Assembly (NCBI RefSeq): GCF_026210795.1
Contig: NC_089431.1
Location: 2,232,001 to 2,296,000 of the forward strand
From: Rhizophagus irregularis
Taxonomy: Eukaryota
Direction: 5' to 3'
DNA: 64,000 nucleotides
In this document: piece by piece, positions 26,663 through 38,925 of the stretch
How the letters are laid out: each line of letters begins with the position of its first letter
Numbering within the stretch: the stretch's first letter is position 1
Translations under genes and position numbers: made by a program
Notes under the pieces: model-generated
What the model was told of the DNA's origin: nothing
The model's input: only the letters and a program-made list of their open reading frames with translations
The model's database searches: none

Positions 26663-27911
26663 AGGTAAACATAGCATGAGCTTGAATTTTATTAATTAAT
26701 GCCGAAGTAACTTTAGAGAAACACAGAGTGATCTAAAAAGTATCGCAACAAGTGCAGAACTAATAGAAAAACAAAGAACAAATAATCTTCCGAAATTACA
26801 AATAAGAAAAGCTAAGATTAAAAACCCCACCCTCTCTATATAAATAACTACGGCTACTCCCCCCAAATATATCTCAAAATGAGTAAAGTCGACTATGCTA
26901 TACGTAACCCATCCAGCGCCGTACCCACTCCTAGAATCGGTAAAGAACCTCCGAGCTACCATTAGCACTATCAAAAATGCCTAAAATTCAATTTCCCCTA
27001 TTTGACTACATACTATGGATAACAAACCTATTTCACAAAGACCTCTGGGAACTTTTTAGTGTCATGCAGTCCAGCCGATGGGGAACTTTTTAGTGTCGTG
27101 CAATCCCTGAAGGGACACCCACCTCATTTCGAACGATCCCAAACGGAGGACACCCACCTCATTGCGAACAATCCATCGACCTAAGATCTACCTAGATAAG
27201 TCAATCCAATGATAGTCCATCATGTGACCACCTTGATCGGCATACTACAAAAACTGCGGTACCCAACCTGTCACCCCCTTATCACCCCAATGATGATCGA
27301 TTTTGAAAATTGTAACACCAAGCCACCATGACGATCAAATTTTCCAGTATCCCCCACCCCCAAAGAAAATAAGGTTACACCGAAAAAAGTGACCAAGAAA
27401 AACAAAAAGCAAAAAATAAAGACATAAACCTCAGGAAAACTCGAAGTGCAATGAGAAAAACCTGAGTAAAATTCACCAAACATACACCTCAACTCCGTCT
27501 CCTTATTTTAGAAGACTAACTCCCCAGTTAACAACATCAACTAGCAAGAAATACGTTGGTCAGGAGCTCCTTCCAAGAAATACCAGTCCGGCCTGCGAAC
27601 CACTTGGCCAGTTAGACTTTAAAGGCGTAGGAACCAAGACGCACTACTTTTCAACCTTTCAGAAAGCCCAGGGGAACGTTCGTATGGAACTGCCATCTTA
27701 CAGTATTATTGGTAACTCCAAGCACTACGATAACGGTCCTAACTCAATATAAGCCGTAAGGAGTTCAGGCGAAACTAAAGACCTCAGTAATAACTTTATA
27801 TAACATCGAAAAGTCCTTTTACTATCACTCAAGGCAAAAAATCCTCATATTTTTCATCCATAACTTCATGGGAAAAAATGGGCAGAGCCCAACGGGGGAG
27901 AAAGTACGATC
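26663..27911 (-). mobile_element. 1.25-kb non-coding retroelement (non-autonomous, or a 5'-truncated relative of the adjacent LINE)
   Basis: Flanked by the direct repeat ATCACTGGTCAAAAACCA (26645-26662 and 27912-27929). Its 3' end (ATGCTATGTTTACC on the minus strand) and a block at about 26860-26940 are homologous to the LINE 3' end. Confidence 0.75.
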
Positions 27912-28269
27912 ATCACTGGTCAAAAACCAGGCAAACGTGGCATAGTAGCCTTTATCTTTATTAAATTTATTCGAACTTTGACAATTTACAAAAATAAAAA
28001 GAAAGATATAAAAATAAAACTAACTAAAAACAAAGCTATATAGTCTCCTAAGAAAAAATAAAGTAAAAAATTAATCTAAAAAAAGAAAAATCGCATTACA
28101 CTAAATTTCCCCAGATCTTCCCCCTTGATATATTCCAACCAAAGTAGAAGCAACTATGCTAACAAAATAACGAATAGCGCGCCCACTATAAAAATCGACA
28201 CTCCATCCTGCAAAAGCTGTTATTAAGTAGCACCGTTAGACGACCCATAAAACCCGAAAAGTGATTAAA

Positions 28270-31200
28270 CTAAGGCAAACTATATTTCATCGAGTTCTTC
28301 AACCAATCGGTTCCGGAGTCACGTGAATCGTGTAGGGTCGGAGGTGGTAAAGATGAGTAAGGTATGTACATCGACAAAGGCAGATTGGATGGCTTCGGAG
28401 TAGTTTTCAACTTATAGGTAATGTTCATCGCATTTTTCCATCTACTTTTCTCATAAGAACGCGGATTCCAGATTCGTCTTCTGAATTTCTGGACAAAATT
28501 GTTATGAATAGCAGCGATAACTTTAATCGCAGAAGTTCTCGGAATGGATAAATCAACAAATAAGTCGATGAAAAGTTTGGGTAAGCAACCACGGATAAGG
28601 GCGAAGGAGGACCAATTTGTAGAAGAAAAGGACCAGCATGAAAGAGAAGTAAGTTTAGCTATAAATGGAGTAGGATCAGTATCAACCAAATTACTCGCTT
28701 CCAGAAGTTTGGAAATCAAATGATTTTGATAAGATTGGAGAATTTGCTGCATAGGCAGACGTCGTCTTTTGCACATAAAAAGGTGCATCAGGTCTTCCAT
28801 GCGGTCGATACAAGAACGGCAAGTTAATTCGTCCATGTATAAGTCTGGTCGGGTCCGTTTAAGCTTTTCCAGTGTAGGCAAATCATCCAAGAAAAGTTTG
28901 AATTTAAAGGTTAGGTGTCTTGAAGCGTGCTCGGAGTAAAAGATGCATCATGAGAGGGCTTAAAATTTAAGGTGAACCAAGTAAGTTCCCAGTCAACAAT
29001 ATAATCTATATTAATTGATAATAAAGTAATAAAGTGAAATCGCGTTAAATTTAACAAATCGCGCATTAGCTGCGTTTGATAATATTGTTTTAGGAGGTGT
29101 CGTGGATTAAATTCACAAACAACATCATTGTCATAAATTAAGACAAAATCATGGGCAGAGGCCAGGTCCATTCCAGAGATCAAAATACTGGTTGACGCGG
29201 TATGAGCAGTATTGGCCAAAAGGAGTCAGCAAAATCGTTTAAGTAATTGCCAGAATGAGCTTTAACTTTGACGGGAAGGACAGTCAAATTTTTTGAGAGG
29301 ATGGTTCGCTCGATAATAGCCCAAAGTTCAAAATTTGTAGTTTTATAGTACAAACGACTATTTGAATAAATAGAGGAAAAACAACTTCGAGACCATCAAT
29401 GGCAGTTTGCGAGTCAGTATAAATAGTAACTTCTGAGTCACGTGGAGAAATAGTTAAAACTGCATAAATAGCAGCAGCCTCAGCACGAGAAGAAGAGGGA
29501 TTATCACGTATGAGGCCGTGAGCGTAAGTGGCGATAGAGTTAGGAAAACCTGCATCGGGGAGCTATTTGCATCAAGACCAGCCCATAGAGAACGATCGGG
29601 AGTGCTTAAATTAATAAGAGACCCATCAGTGAAAAAGGTATAACGCGAATCCGAGGAAACGACCAGCGGGGAATTTGCAAAGACAGCAGCAGCCGAGGAT
29701 TCAATAGTGACAGGAGTATTAGGGGCTATAGCGGTATCTGCAGAATAAGAATCGGAATCAAAATCCAATCTACTATAATAAAGACGGACACCATCTTCTA
29801 TATCAGCCCAGGTAAAAGGTGAAGTCACTTCAGAGGTAGTACGTCTAATTCGTTCATTGGTAGTGGGCAAAATAAGCGAATGGCGTAGAGAGACCGTAGT
29901 TGTACATAGGGTTAAATCAGCATTCCATTTTTTGGAAGGAGGTAGGGGAATATGGGCAGCGCAGCCAGGGCAAGGAGAAAGTCGAATAAGATCTCCAGGC
30001 GAAGATTCACAATCAGGAGAGACCCAATGGACAATGGAACAAGTACCACGACTTGTTTGGACCAAAAGTTGTTTGCCGAAGATGGGAGAACCAAGATCGT
30101 CTAACGTGACAATCCAATTTTTTGTAGTGGGAGGAGAGGATAGACAAGGTTCCAATTCATAAAATGAAGAAGCATTCGTATGCAGAGTAATAAACTGATC
30201 CAGCAAACGATTATTGGAGTCAGAAACAGTGGTAGCTTGTTGGATATCTTTATACCAATAAGGGATACGGCCAGGGCCACGTCGTCCAACCAAATTATCA
30301 TAGTAAGCCTTCCAGGAAATTAAATGAGTTCCTTGATGGAGTAACAAGCTGAGATAAATAAAACAGTTGTCGTTTACGCAGGATGGGAAAATAGGCTTTA
30401 AAGGCTTTAGGCGTCGTGCATTCAAATAAAGGAACGCATCCATCTATCAAGGACAAATTTGGAAGCTTCGATAATTGAGTGTGAAGCAACCGAAAAGGAG
30501 TAGAAGACAAGAGAGCAATAGTGCATGCGATATAATCTTTTTTGAAAGAAAATAGAGAAGACCATATAGACCAATCTTTAATTAAAAGGGGAGAAATAGG
30601 AATCAAAGAATTATATTGAATTAAACTCAATCTATAAATAAAAAGAGATTGAATAAAAACAGAAGAAGAGTTAGCCATTAAAAATAAATTAGTAATATGA
30701 CATTGTCGTTGATGAGCAAACAAATTAATCAAGCCCAAGGCATGAGACAAAAATAAAATGGAATTAGGTAAAGAACGAGAAAAGTTTGCTTTATGCTTTA
30801 CGACAGATCGTATACTTCTCGTTATTAGGTGACAATCAGATTCAGATAAGTGAGTAACTTGCATCCGATATTCAAGTTTCGGTATAAGGACGGCATTATG
30901 TAAATACACAACTTGTTTGGAAGAGAGCTTTGCAGGTCGGATGGTCGCAGCAAAGGAGCAGCATTCGCGTTTGAGTGCTTTCTTAGACAAAATCACGGGA
31001 GCTCTTAATGTTAAACCAAACACCTAAAAAACGAAAAGAAGTTGTCATGGAAATTGGGGTAATAGTAATGGAAGGAACACTATTTAAAAAGGATAAATCC
31101 AAATTAAAAGTGATAGGGGATAAAGTGGAATTTGGAGTCAAAGGCAACGAATTAGTGATTAACACATATTTGTTATGATTGGCAGAAGTGTTATTGATCT

Positions 31201-33818
31201 GATAAAATTCTTCAGTAATGGATAACATAAATTCCATGCCAGCTTTTGACGAGGAAATAAGAGTAGAGTCATCCATAAATACTAAATTATTAATCTTCAA
31301 ATCAAGAGAAGGACTTGAAGAATCAATTAAAGACGGTGTAGAAAGAACATAAGGGTCCATCATCTCATTCTTCAGAATAGTAAGTAAGGGATCAATATAA
31401 ATGACCCATAAAAGAGGAGAAATAACTTCGCCTTGGTCAATACCAATGCGAACCCTATAGGCAGGCGTAGATCCATGAGCAGTGAAAACGCGATTAGTGC
31501 GTTTCATAAAAAGTGAAAGAATAAACTTAACAGCGGAGGCTGGAAGACGTATACGTTCTAAAGCGAAACGTAACATCATTAAATCAACAGAATCAAAAGC
31601 TTTAGAAATATCTTGGGAAAGAATCCAAAGTGGGTTTTTGTTGATATCAGGCATCATGGATAATAGATTCTAAAGTAATAATAGGGTCGCGGCAAGAACC
31701 TCCAGGAAGACCAGCGAAGTTACCACCTTTAAGAACATCATGTGAAGCCATAATGGTAGAAAGGCGATTATAAAAAAGTTTGACAAGAGATTTCCTAATC
31801 ACTTCAAGTATGGTAATAGGGCGAGTATTTTTTAATTGACACTTCCATTCGTGAGGTTTGGGGATAGGAAAAACCATTGCTTGTCGCCATAAATCAGGAA
31901 TATCAGCTTTGGAAAGACATGCTTGAATCGGAAAATGAGAAGTAAAGCCGAGGTACGAGATCCGAGATGTTTGAGCATTTCATAAGTAATCATGGAAGGA
32001 CAGAGGCTTTACCGTTAGGAGTGGAAGAAACGGTGGATAACCATTCATCAAGGGTAGGGGGATTCATTAAAGAATCATAGATGGAGGAGGACACATCATC
32101 CATAGGTTGATAGGCAGAAGACCATTTATCAGGTAGTGTATCGATAGATACAGGAGGAGTGGACTTTATAGGTACAAAGTTTTGGAAATGGTTAACAACA
32201 GCATCATCTATGTCCTTAGGAGCAGTCAACAACTGAGGTTGAGAAGGATGGTCGATGAAGACACGGTCCAAAGTGATACGGCGACGGAGTGCGAAAGCGC
32301 TGAATCAATAAAGGAGGAAAGGTCAGTTTCAAAATTATTATTCCTATCGTCCAAGTGAGCACGGATGGAGGAGTCTTGGAATTCTTTTTCTTGAAGTAAA
32401 TGAAATCCCCGTAAGGATTTTGAAATATTGGATAAATCATCAAGAAGTGACTTGAAATTATCTTGTCGACATGATGAAAGAGAAAAGGGCAGAGTAGGAA
32501 TGAAAGTAAAAATTTTCTTATATAATTGAAGAATGTTCTGAAGTCGATGCAAATGTATAGACCACTTATGTTCATGAGCAGCAGAATAAGTTAAAGGATA
32601 TTTGCGCAATAGACGTATCGAATGCATTAGGCGATTTAAAAACCGATAATTTTGAGTTAAAATTTCCAGATCTTTAAGGAACCTAGGAGTATAATTATTG
32701 CCAACAGTAGAAGAAGGTAAAGTAGCGTTGGCGGATTTAAGGATTCGCGATTGAAGGTATTCGCACATCTGATTGATATGCCAGGAGGAAAAGGTTGATG
32801 GTGAAACATCACATAAGGCATCAGCTTTGTCAGCAAATTCCGTCCATTGAGTATCAGTTACAGAATCAAATTTGAAAATGCGACGGGTTTGGCGCTTAAG
32901 TTGACGAGCGCGAGCCAATTTGGTAGAGGCAAAAGTAAAGACATATCATAATATGTGATGACAGGGTTGTGATCAGATGTGCAGATGTCTTGAGCATTAA
33001 AAATACAAGCAGTAAGAGCAAATCCTTTGAGAAGATGGCAGGGACCATACATAATCAACACGAGTAATGTGGTCATTGCGTTGAAAGGTACCTAAAGAAT
33101 CGGAAAGATTAATGGGTGTAAAATCTTCATATCCATGGGAAAGGAGATGAAAAAGTAATCGGTGTATATGTTTTGAAGCAATTTGAGGTTGATTAAAATA
33201 AATAGGATAATATTTATCTAAATGCATATTAAAATCGCCACAAACAGCATGATAAAAACCAGCTTGTTTAGTAAGGATAAGTTGTTGAATAAGCAAATCA
33301 ATAGTGTCAGTGCGCAGAACACTTTCAGCAGGGGGAGGGATATAAATAACAAATATACGCAATTTAACATTGCCTTTGAAATATAAATCAACAGAAAGCA
33401 GTCGTGAAGAATGGGATTTAAAGTCTTGTACATGTGATGCAAGAGAATTTTCTATAAATAGGGAAACACCACCAGAAGAGAGAATTTGTTTAGAAGTATC
33501 CAAATTCGAAGAAAACACAGTATAATTAGAAAGTCGTTTGGATAAAAACTTCATTTGTTTAGGGTGGATATGAGTATCAACAATACCACCAAAGGAAATA
33601 TGTTTTAGAGAAAAGAAGGTAGAAATCTCTTCTAATTTAGTCTGACCATGCATTTTAAGGCCATTGACATTAAAAGAGGAGATATTAAATGAATTGGGGA
33701 TAGGAGAAGTGTTACTAGGAGAAGAAAATAATGATTCATGTGAAAAAAGTTCAGTAACATTATTGGGGTTGGGAGGGTTTCGTACAAAGGTGTCATAATT
33801 AAAATTATTGTCCGACAT
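28270..33818 (-). pseudogene. LINE ORF2 (frameshifted): AP endonuclease, reverse transcriptase, RNase H, C-terminal zinc knuckle
   Basis: APE motifs SFNVNGL, GDFN, RVDY, SDH; RT motifs RPITILE, QDISKAFDSV, GIDQGEVISPLLW, FMDD, FRFLG; RNase H motifs FTDGS, RAEAAAI, YTDSQ, VKAHSGNYLNDFAD; knuckle CRSC-x8-H-x3-C. Confidence 0.92.
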
Positions 33819-33887
33819 TAAAACACAATGATAAAAACAGTCGGGGAGATAAGATTTGAAGAAGAAAATTAAATAGAAGAAGCTGAA

Positions 33888-35964
33888 TCAGCTTGTTCTA
33901 GGGGAAGCACCACCAATGGAGCTAATGAATTGTTTGATATGACCAGTAAGTTGGTCCAATTTACTTTCAATAACGACTCTACTATTTTTGAGATCATTAA
34001 TTTCTTCTTGCGTGGAGGAGATAGGGGTAAAAGGAGGAGCATTTGGAGAAAGGTGAGAAGAAGGAAGTGATGTGTCGGGAATAATAGTGAATGTAGGCGA
34101 AGGTCGCGTTAAAATGCTTTTGGGGGGCAGTGAAGATTTAGCGGAAGACTGAATATTAAGCGGAAGCATGAGTTACGGGGGATCTTCTTGCATGAGGTCG
34201 GTTCGGGTTCGTTGGGCGCAGGAAGTGGATCGAGGCCAAGGTGTGATTCAATACGAGTCATCCGTTGGTCAGCAAGTTCAAGAGCGGAGATGCGTTTGTG
34301 AAAGTTGGCAACTTCACATTGTAATTCTCGCAAAAGGTTTAAAATGTTATTAGCATCATCAGGAGATAATGCAGAGTTAGGAGTTTGTTGAGGTAAGGGA
34401 CGTGCTTTAGAACGAGAGGAGGAAGAAAAGGAGACCGATCGTTCTTTGCTATTATGGCGGGCACGATGAGAGGTACTGGGAGGGGGTTTGTTATGATTAT
34501 TATCATTATTAGTGCGGTCGTGGGAAACGTTATTGGCTCGTCCAGAATTGGAAGCGGATCGATCTTTAGATTTGGAGCGAGATCGAGAGCGAACGTGCAT
34601 TGGCAGCATTAGAATTGGAGCGATGAGGTTGATTAACATTAAATCGTTCTTTAAGTTTTGCAACAGGGTCGCGAGTGCGACTTCTACCTCTGGTTTGTTT
34701 GAGTGGGCAAAAATTTGGAGCACAACCTAATTTGCCACATCTGTGACAAAGTTTGTTAGTATTATCTGGGAGGACCAGAAAAGCACTTTGCCTTGGAAGC
34801 TGACAGTCTGTTCCATAGCAGCATCCATGGTTTCTTGGGAATTGAAGGTGACGTAAGCCCATCTTTTGGGCTTGTAAGATTTAGAGAAAGCGGCACATTG
34901 ACAGCTTTGCGCCGAAGTACAGTAAGGGGAGCCAAATTGATATCCTTAACATTGGGGGGAAGTTGGGTGAGGGTGGCAACGTATTGACGGCGCGCAGCCT
35001 TTTGATCACAGAATAAGAACGTGGAGTAATTCGAGGCAGGTGGAGAAACATGCGCAGCCCATTGGTCGGTAAAACGAGCAATAGAATCGGCGTGATCATA
35101 AACAATGCGGGCTTGCTGAACTTTGGCATTAGGCCTGGAGAAAAGGCGGCAAGAGGTGATATTACCAAATTTCTTAAAATAAGCCATGAGGTTGTCTTTT
35201 TTAATGAAGAAAGGGATATCGGTAACTTGGATAGCCCGGAGATCTTCGTGGATCGGAGTTGGCGAGGGTCATGTGCATGAAAGATTAAGTCAGGGAACTC
35301 AGGATGGGTGGAACCAACGCACAGATCGCGTGCTTCAGCTGTATGGAAGTGGATAACGAGGCGTTTGGCTTCACCAGAACCAGTCATACGTGCTTTTCCA
35401 GTAAACGACTCGTAAGTTTCTAAAAAAAGATTATTAACAGCCTCAGCAATGGGCTTTAATTAAGGTAGGAATTTCTTAAGAGATTCAGGGGCAGGCATTC
35501 GGTGCAGCCGCAGCCTGAAAATCTTCTCTGGTTATGGCGAGGTCGCACTGGATCTGGAGTATGATCGTCATCGGAGCGCCGTTGGTATCCAAATTGGGCG
35601 ACGCGTTAGGGGGTTGTTGCAAGTCTTTGTTTAAAGGTGCGTACGTGGACGCGTCCACATTTCCAGAAGACGCGACGTGACTGGGCGCAGTTGGCGCAGC
35701 AGATTTTTTCGGGGAGGAGGTCAAAGTATTTTCGCCAGAGATATTTTGTTGAGGAGAAGAGGAAAATCCATCTACTCCAACGTCAGCCGTCTGGTCATCG
35801 GCAACGTAAGTCTTCTTCCATAGAATTTTCGGTAATCGTACGATTACGTTTCTGCTGGACAGTGTTTTCACCATCGGAGCTTGAGTTATCGGAGTTATTA
35901 TTTTTTCGTTCTTGACGGGAAGCTTTCCTACTGTTAGGGTTATGACACGCCAGGCTCTCGGCAT
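33888..35964 (-). pseudogene. LINE ORF1 (frameshifted): RRM-like region, Cys knuckle, Ser/Arg-rich region and coiled coil
   Basis: YFKKFGNITSCRL (RRM-like), CHRCGKLGCAPNFC, RSRSRSKS and NILNLLRELQCEVANFHKRISALE, located directly upstream of ORF2. Confidence 0.75.
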
Positions 35965-36588
35965 AGTTACCAGACGTAGTAGAGGGCTCGAGTTGGGAAT
36001 ATATAAAATATAAAATTTTATTAGTAGTTTGTATTATTTTTTAAAAATAATAAAAAATATTTTTCGTCGAAAATTTCGTTTTTGAAAAATTCAGGAGAGA
36101 GTTCACTAGTCACTACTGGTCAAAAACCAATATATCGGGTAGCAGATATGTATTAGATATGTACCCAATATGTGTAGTATTAATGCAGAAAATCGGGTAC
36201 CCAATATGTGTAAGATATGTGTAAATATATATATCGTCTACATATCATTTACATATCATATACATATCGGTACCTAATATGTATATGATATATATATTTA
36301 CATATATCTTACACATATCAGGTACCCGATTTTCTGCATTAATACTACACATATCGGGTACATATCTGATACATATCTGCTACCCGATATATTGGTTTTT
36401 GACCAGTGAATATTCGGTCTGGTCTGGTCCGGTTTCGGATTATAAATCTAACCCAGATTGAATTAAACAGGTTGGAACCAACCCGGACTGATAAATATTT
36501 TTGCAATGGTTTATATTAAAACCGTTGCGATTATTTAATTATTAAATAAAAAAATGTTGCGTAATGTTTTTTTAACATATTATTTATA

Positions 36589-36757
36589 CATGCCACCCAA
36601 ATTATTTTGGACTGCCGTAATTATAAGTAAAATCCCAAATTCAATTATGGCATCCCAAATTATTTTGGCACTTTACATAGTAAATTATATATAAACTGAA
36701 TGAATTATGGCATCCCAAATTATAATTATGGCATCCCAAAATAATTTGGGCAGCATG
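36589..36757. mobile_element. About 169-bp MITE flanked by TA (Tc1/mariner-like), copy 1
   Basis: TIR CATGCCACCCAAATTATTTTGG...CCAAAATAATTTGGGCAGCATG with TA on both sides. Confidence 0.8.
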
Positions 36758-36769
36758 TATAGTACTTCA

Positions 36770-37250
36770 GATGCCCACTTAAGAGCTGAACCTAAAAAAA
36801 AAGTAAAAAAAGAACAGTTAATAAATTATTTTATAATAATAATAAAAATAAATAAATAAAAATAAAGATTTGTATTTACAAATCTTTAAAGTTTCTGTAT
36901 TTAAAAAGCCCACCCGAAAGCTGAACCTAAAAAAAGTAAAAAAAGAACGGTTAGTAACCATTCATATAATAAAAAAATAAAAAAAGAAAGATTTGTACTT
37001 CGTACTTATAAATCTTAAAAATACTTTTTTTTCTATCCTTTAGAAGTCCATTTCCTTTTGTTTTCCTTTTTCGTTTTCATTTTACCTTTTCCTTTTATTT
37101 TACCATCTCCCTTTTGTTTTCTTTTTTCCTTTTATTTTTTACCCTTTTTCTTTCCCTTTCATTTTCTAAAATCTATAATAGAAAATATAAGAACAGTTAG
37201 TTAACTGTTCCATAAAATTAAAAAAACTAAGATTACAAATCTTAGTTTTT
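36770..37250 (-). repeat. Tandem intron-like/short-exon repeat units, second tract
   Basis: Repeated CTGAACCTAAAAAAA...GAAC(A/G)GTTA on the plus strand, and AAGATT...AATCTT hairpins around GTAA(A/G)T on the minus strand. Confidence 0.6.
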
Positions 37251-37694
37251 TTATTACTGTTTAATTTGTAGTTTTGACCAGCATTCCAGTTTCTATACAA
37301 TAATCATAAAATTATCGAAAAGGGTAAGTAGGAAAGGAATATTAAAATCAATAAAAAATTTTTTTTGTGTTTATGACAATGAATAAATGAATAAAAGTTT
37401 AAAAAAAGAAAAAAAAAAGAATACATAAGATTCTTTTAATATATGTAATGTGTAATGTGACTATTCAACCAATGTATAATTGTAGATTATGAGGATCCTG
37501 CTTACTTATAAGATAGGTCACCCTCAAGTTTAAGGTAAAAATTATATATAAAATTCTTTGCAGATCCTACTATAAAAGGAAATTTTATGTTACATTGTTA
37601 TAATTTTTTTATTATAAATAAGCGGATCCTAGATTATGGTCGAACTTTTTAATTTTGAATATTCTTTTTTGACTAGTATTCTATAAATATTATA

Positions 37695-37863
37695 TATGCC
37701 ACCCAAATTATTTTAAACTGCCGTAATTATAAGTAAAATCCCAAATTCAATTATGGCATCCCAAATTATTTTGGCTCTTTACATAGTAAATTATATATAA
37801 ACCGAATGAATTATGGCATCCCAAATTATAATTATGGCATCCCAAAATAATTTGGGTAGCATG
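37695..37863. mobile_element. TA-flanked MITE, copy 2
   Basis: Near-identical to 36589-36757, same orientation. Confidence 0.8.
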
Positions 37864-38309
37864 TATAATAAATATAAACTATAATTATTTATAATTAAAA
37901 AAAAAAAATTTGATAGCTCAATTGTTAGGTCATAAAACATAATAACTGAGTTATCAGTTGTTTAATATCATATATTAATGGTAATATTGATAGCTTTGAG
38001 TAACAATATATAATGTGTTAAACTATACATTAAAGTTGAACAACGCATATATTAATATTATGTATTGGTATACTCAATATACGGGTGTTAATAATTATAT
38101 TGAACAACTAGTTAGTATTGATCAACATGTACAGTATACTGGTGTGAATCAACACTTACTAAACTTCCTGATAAAATTAATTGTCTAAACTGTTTTTTTT
38201 TTAAAAAAAAAGATTTTCTAAACAAATAATGATTAGCCAATAAAATTTAATTAATCATGTGATAAGGGGTAACGATGACATTACACGTTTAATGAATAAA
38301 TTCTCTCTT

Positions 38310-38660
38310 AATAAAAAATGTTGCAAAACATTTTTTATTATTAATTTATCAAAAAAAACATTTTGCAACATTTTTTTTTAACGATTTTAATAAAAAATGT
38401 TGCGAAACATTTTTTATTTTTAATTTAAAATAAAAAATACTGTTTCGCAACAGTTTTTTTACTATTTTAATAAAAAACGTTGCAAAATGTTTTTATTATT
38501 AATTTATTGAAAAAAATGTTTTGCAATGTTTTTTTAACGATTTTAATAAAAAATGTTGTGAAACGTTTTTATTATTAATTTATTGAAAAAAAATGTTTCG
38601 TAACGTTTTTTAATGATTTTAATAAAAATGTTGTAAAACGTTTTTTATTTACCATTTTGC
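38310..38660. repeat. AT-rich direct/inverted repeat array (AAAAAATGTTGCRAAACRTTTT)
   Basis: Several copies in both orientations; the same motif occurs at about 22040-22110 and 36550. Confidence 0.7.
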
Positions 38661-38860
38661 AATAGTTTGAACTGGATTTGAACTGGATCTGTTCGAATTA
38701 ATCCGATCTGATCTGATTTTAATGAATTGTTGATCGGATTTGATTCGATCTGAAATGGATCAAATTTTTTTAATTCGGATCGGATCACAGATCATAAAAT
38801 ATATGGTCTAATCTGATTCATCACGGATCAGATCTGCAGATACGAATCAGATCAGTTTTT
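38660..38860. repeat. GATC-rich palindromic repeat (probable MITE remnant)
   Basis: Repeated CGGAT/ATCCG/GATCTG motifs. Confidence 0.5.
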
Positions 38861-38925
38861 TTTTCAGAATACTAGGTATAGAAAATTAGCATTATTAATA
38901 TAAAATTTAATACATAAATAGTATA

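Larger units (their letters stand above)
27930..36114 (-). mobile_element. Full-length-like non-LTR retrotransposon (LINE) with 15-bp TSD ACTGGTCAAAAACCA
   Basis: ORF1 and ORF2 on the minus strand; TSD at 27915-27929 and 36115-36129; GC content visibly higher than the flanks; no poly(A) tail. Confidence 0.93.
26647..36408. mobile_element. CACTG-type MITE (about 295 bp once inserts are removed) whose left TIR carries two retroelement insertions
   Basis: Left terminus CACTGGTCAAAAACC at 26647, right terminus GGTTTTTGACCAGTG ending at 36408, 3-bp TSD AAT (26644-26646 and 36409-36411). The body at 36115-36408 is a near-perfect hairpin with arms of about 120 bp. Confidence 0.88.

Noticed and set aside
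27240..27911. Possible mutated ORF inside the short retroelement
   Set aside because: Stop density is about what random sequence gives and no motif is recognisable.
26645..36129. Direct repeats read as LTRs or as a CRISPR-like array
   Set aside because: They are only 15-18 bp with kb-scale spacing and identical to the MITE TIR. There is no integrase or cas gene, and the ORF2 is of non-LTR type, so they are TSDs.
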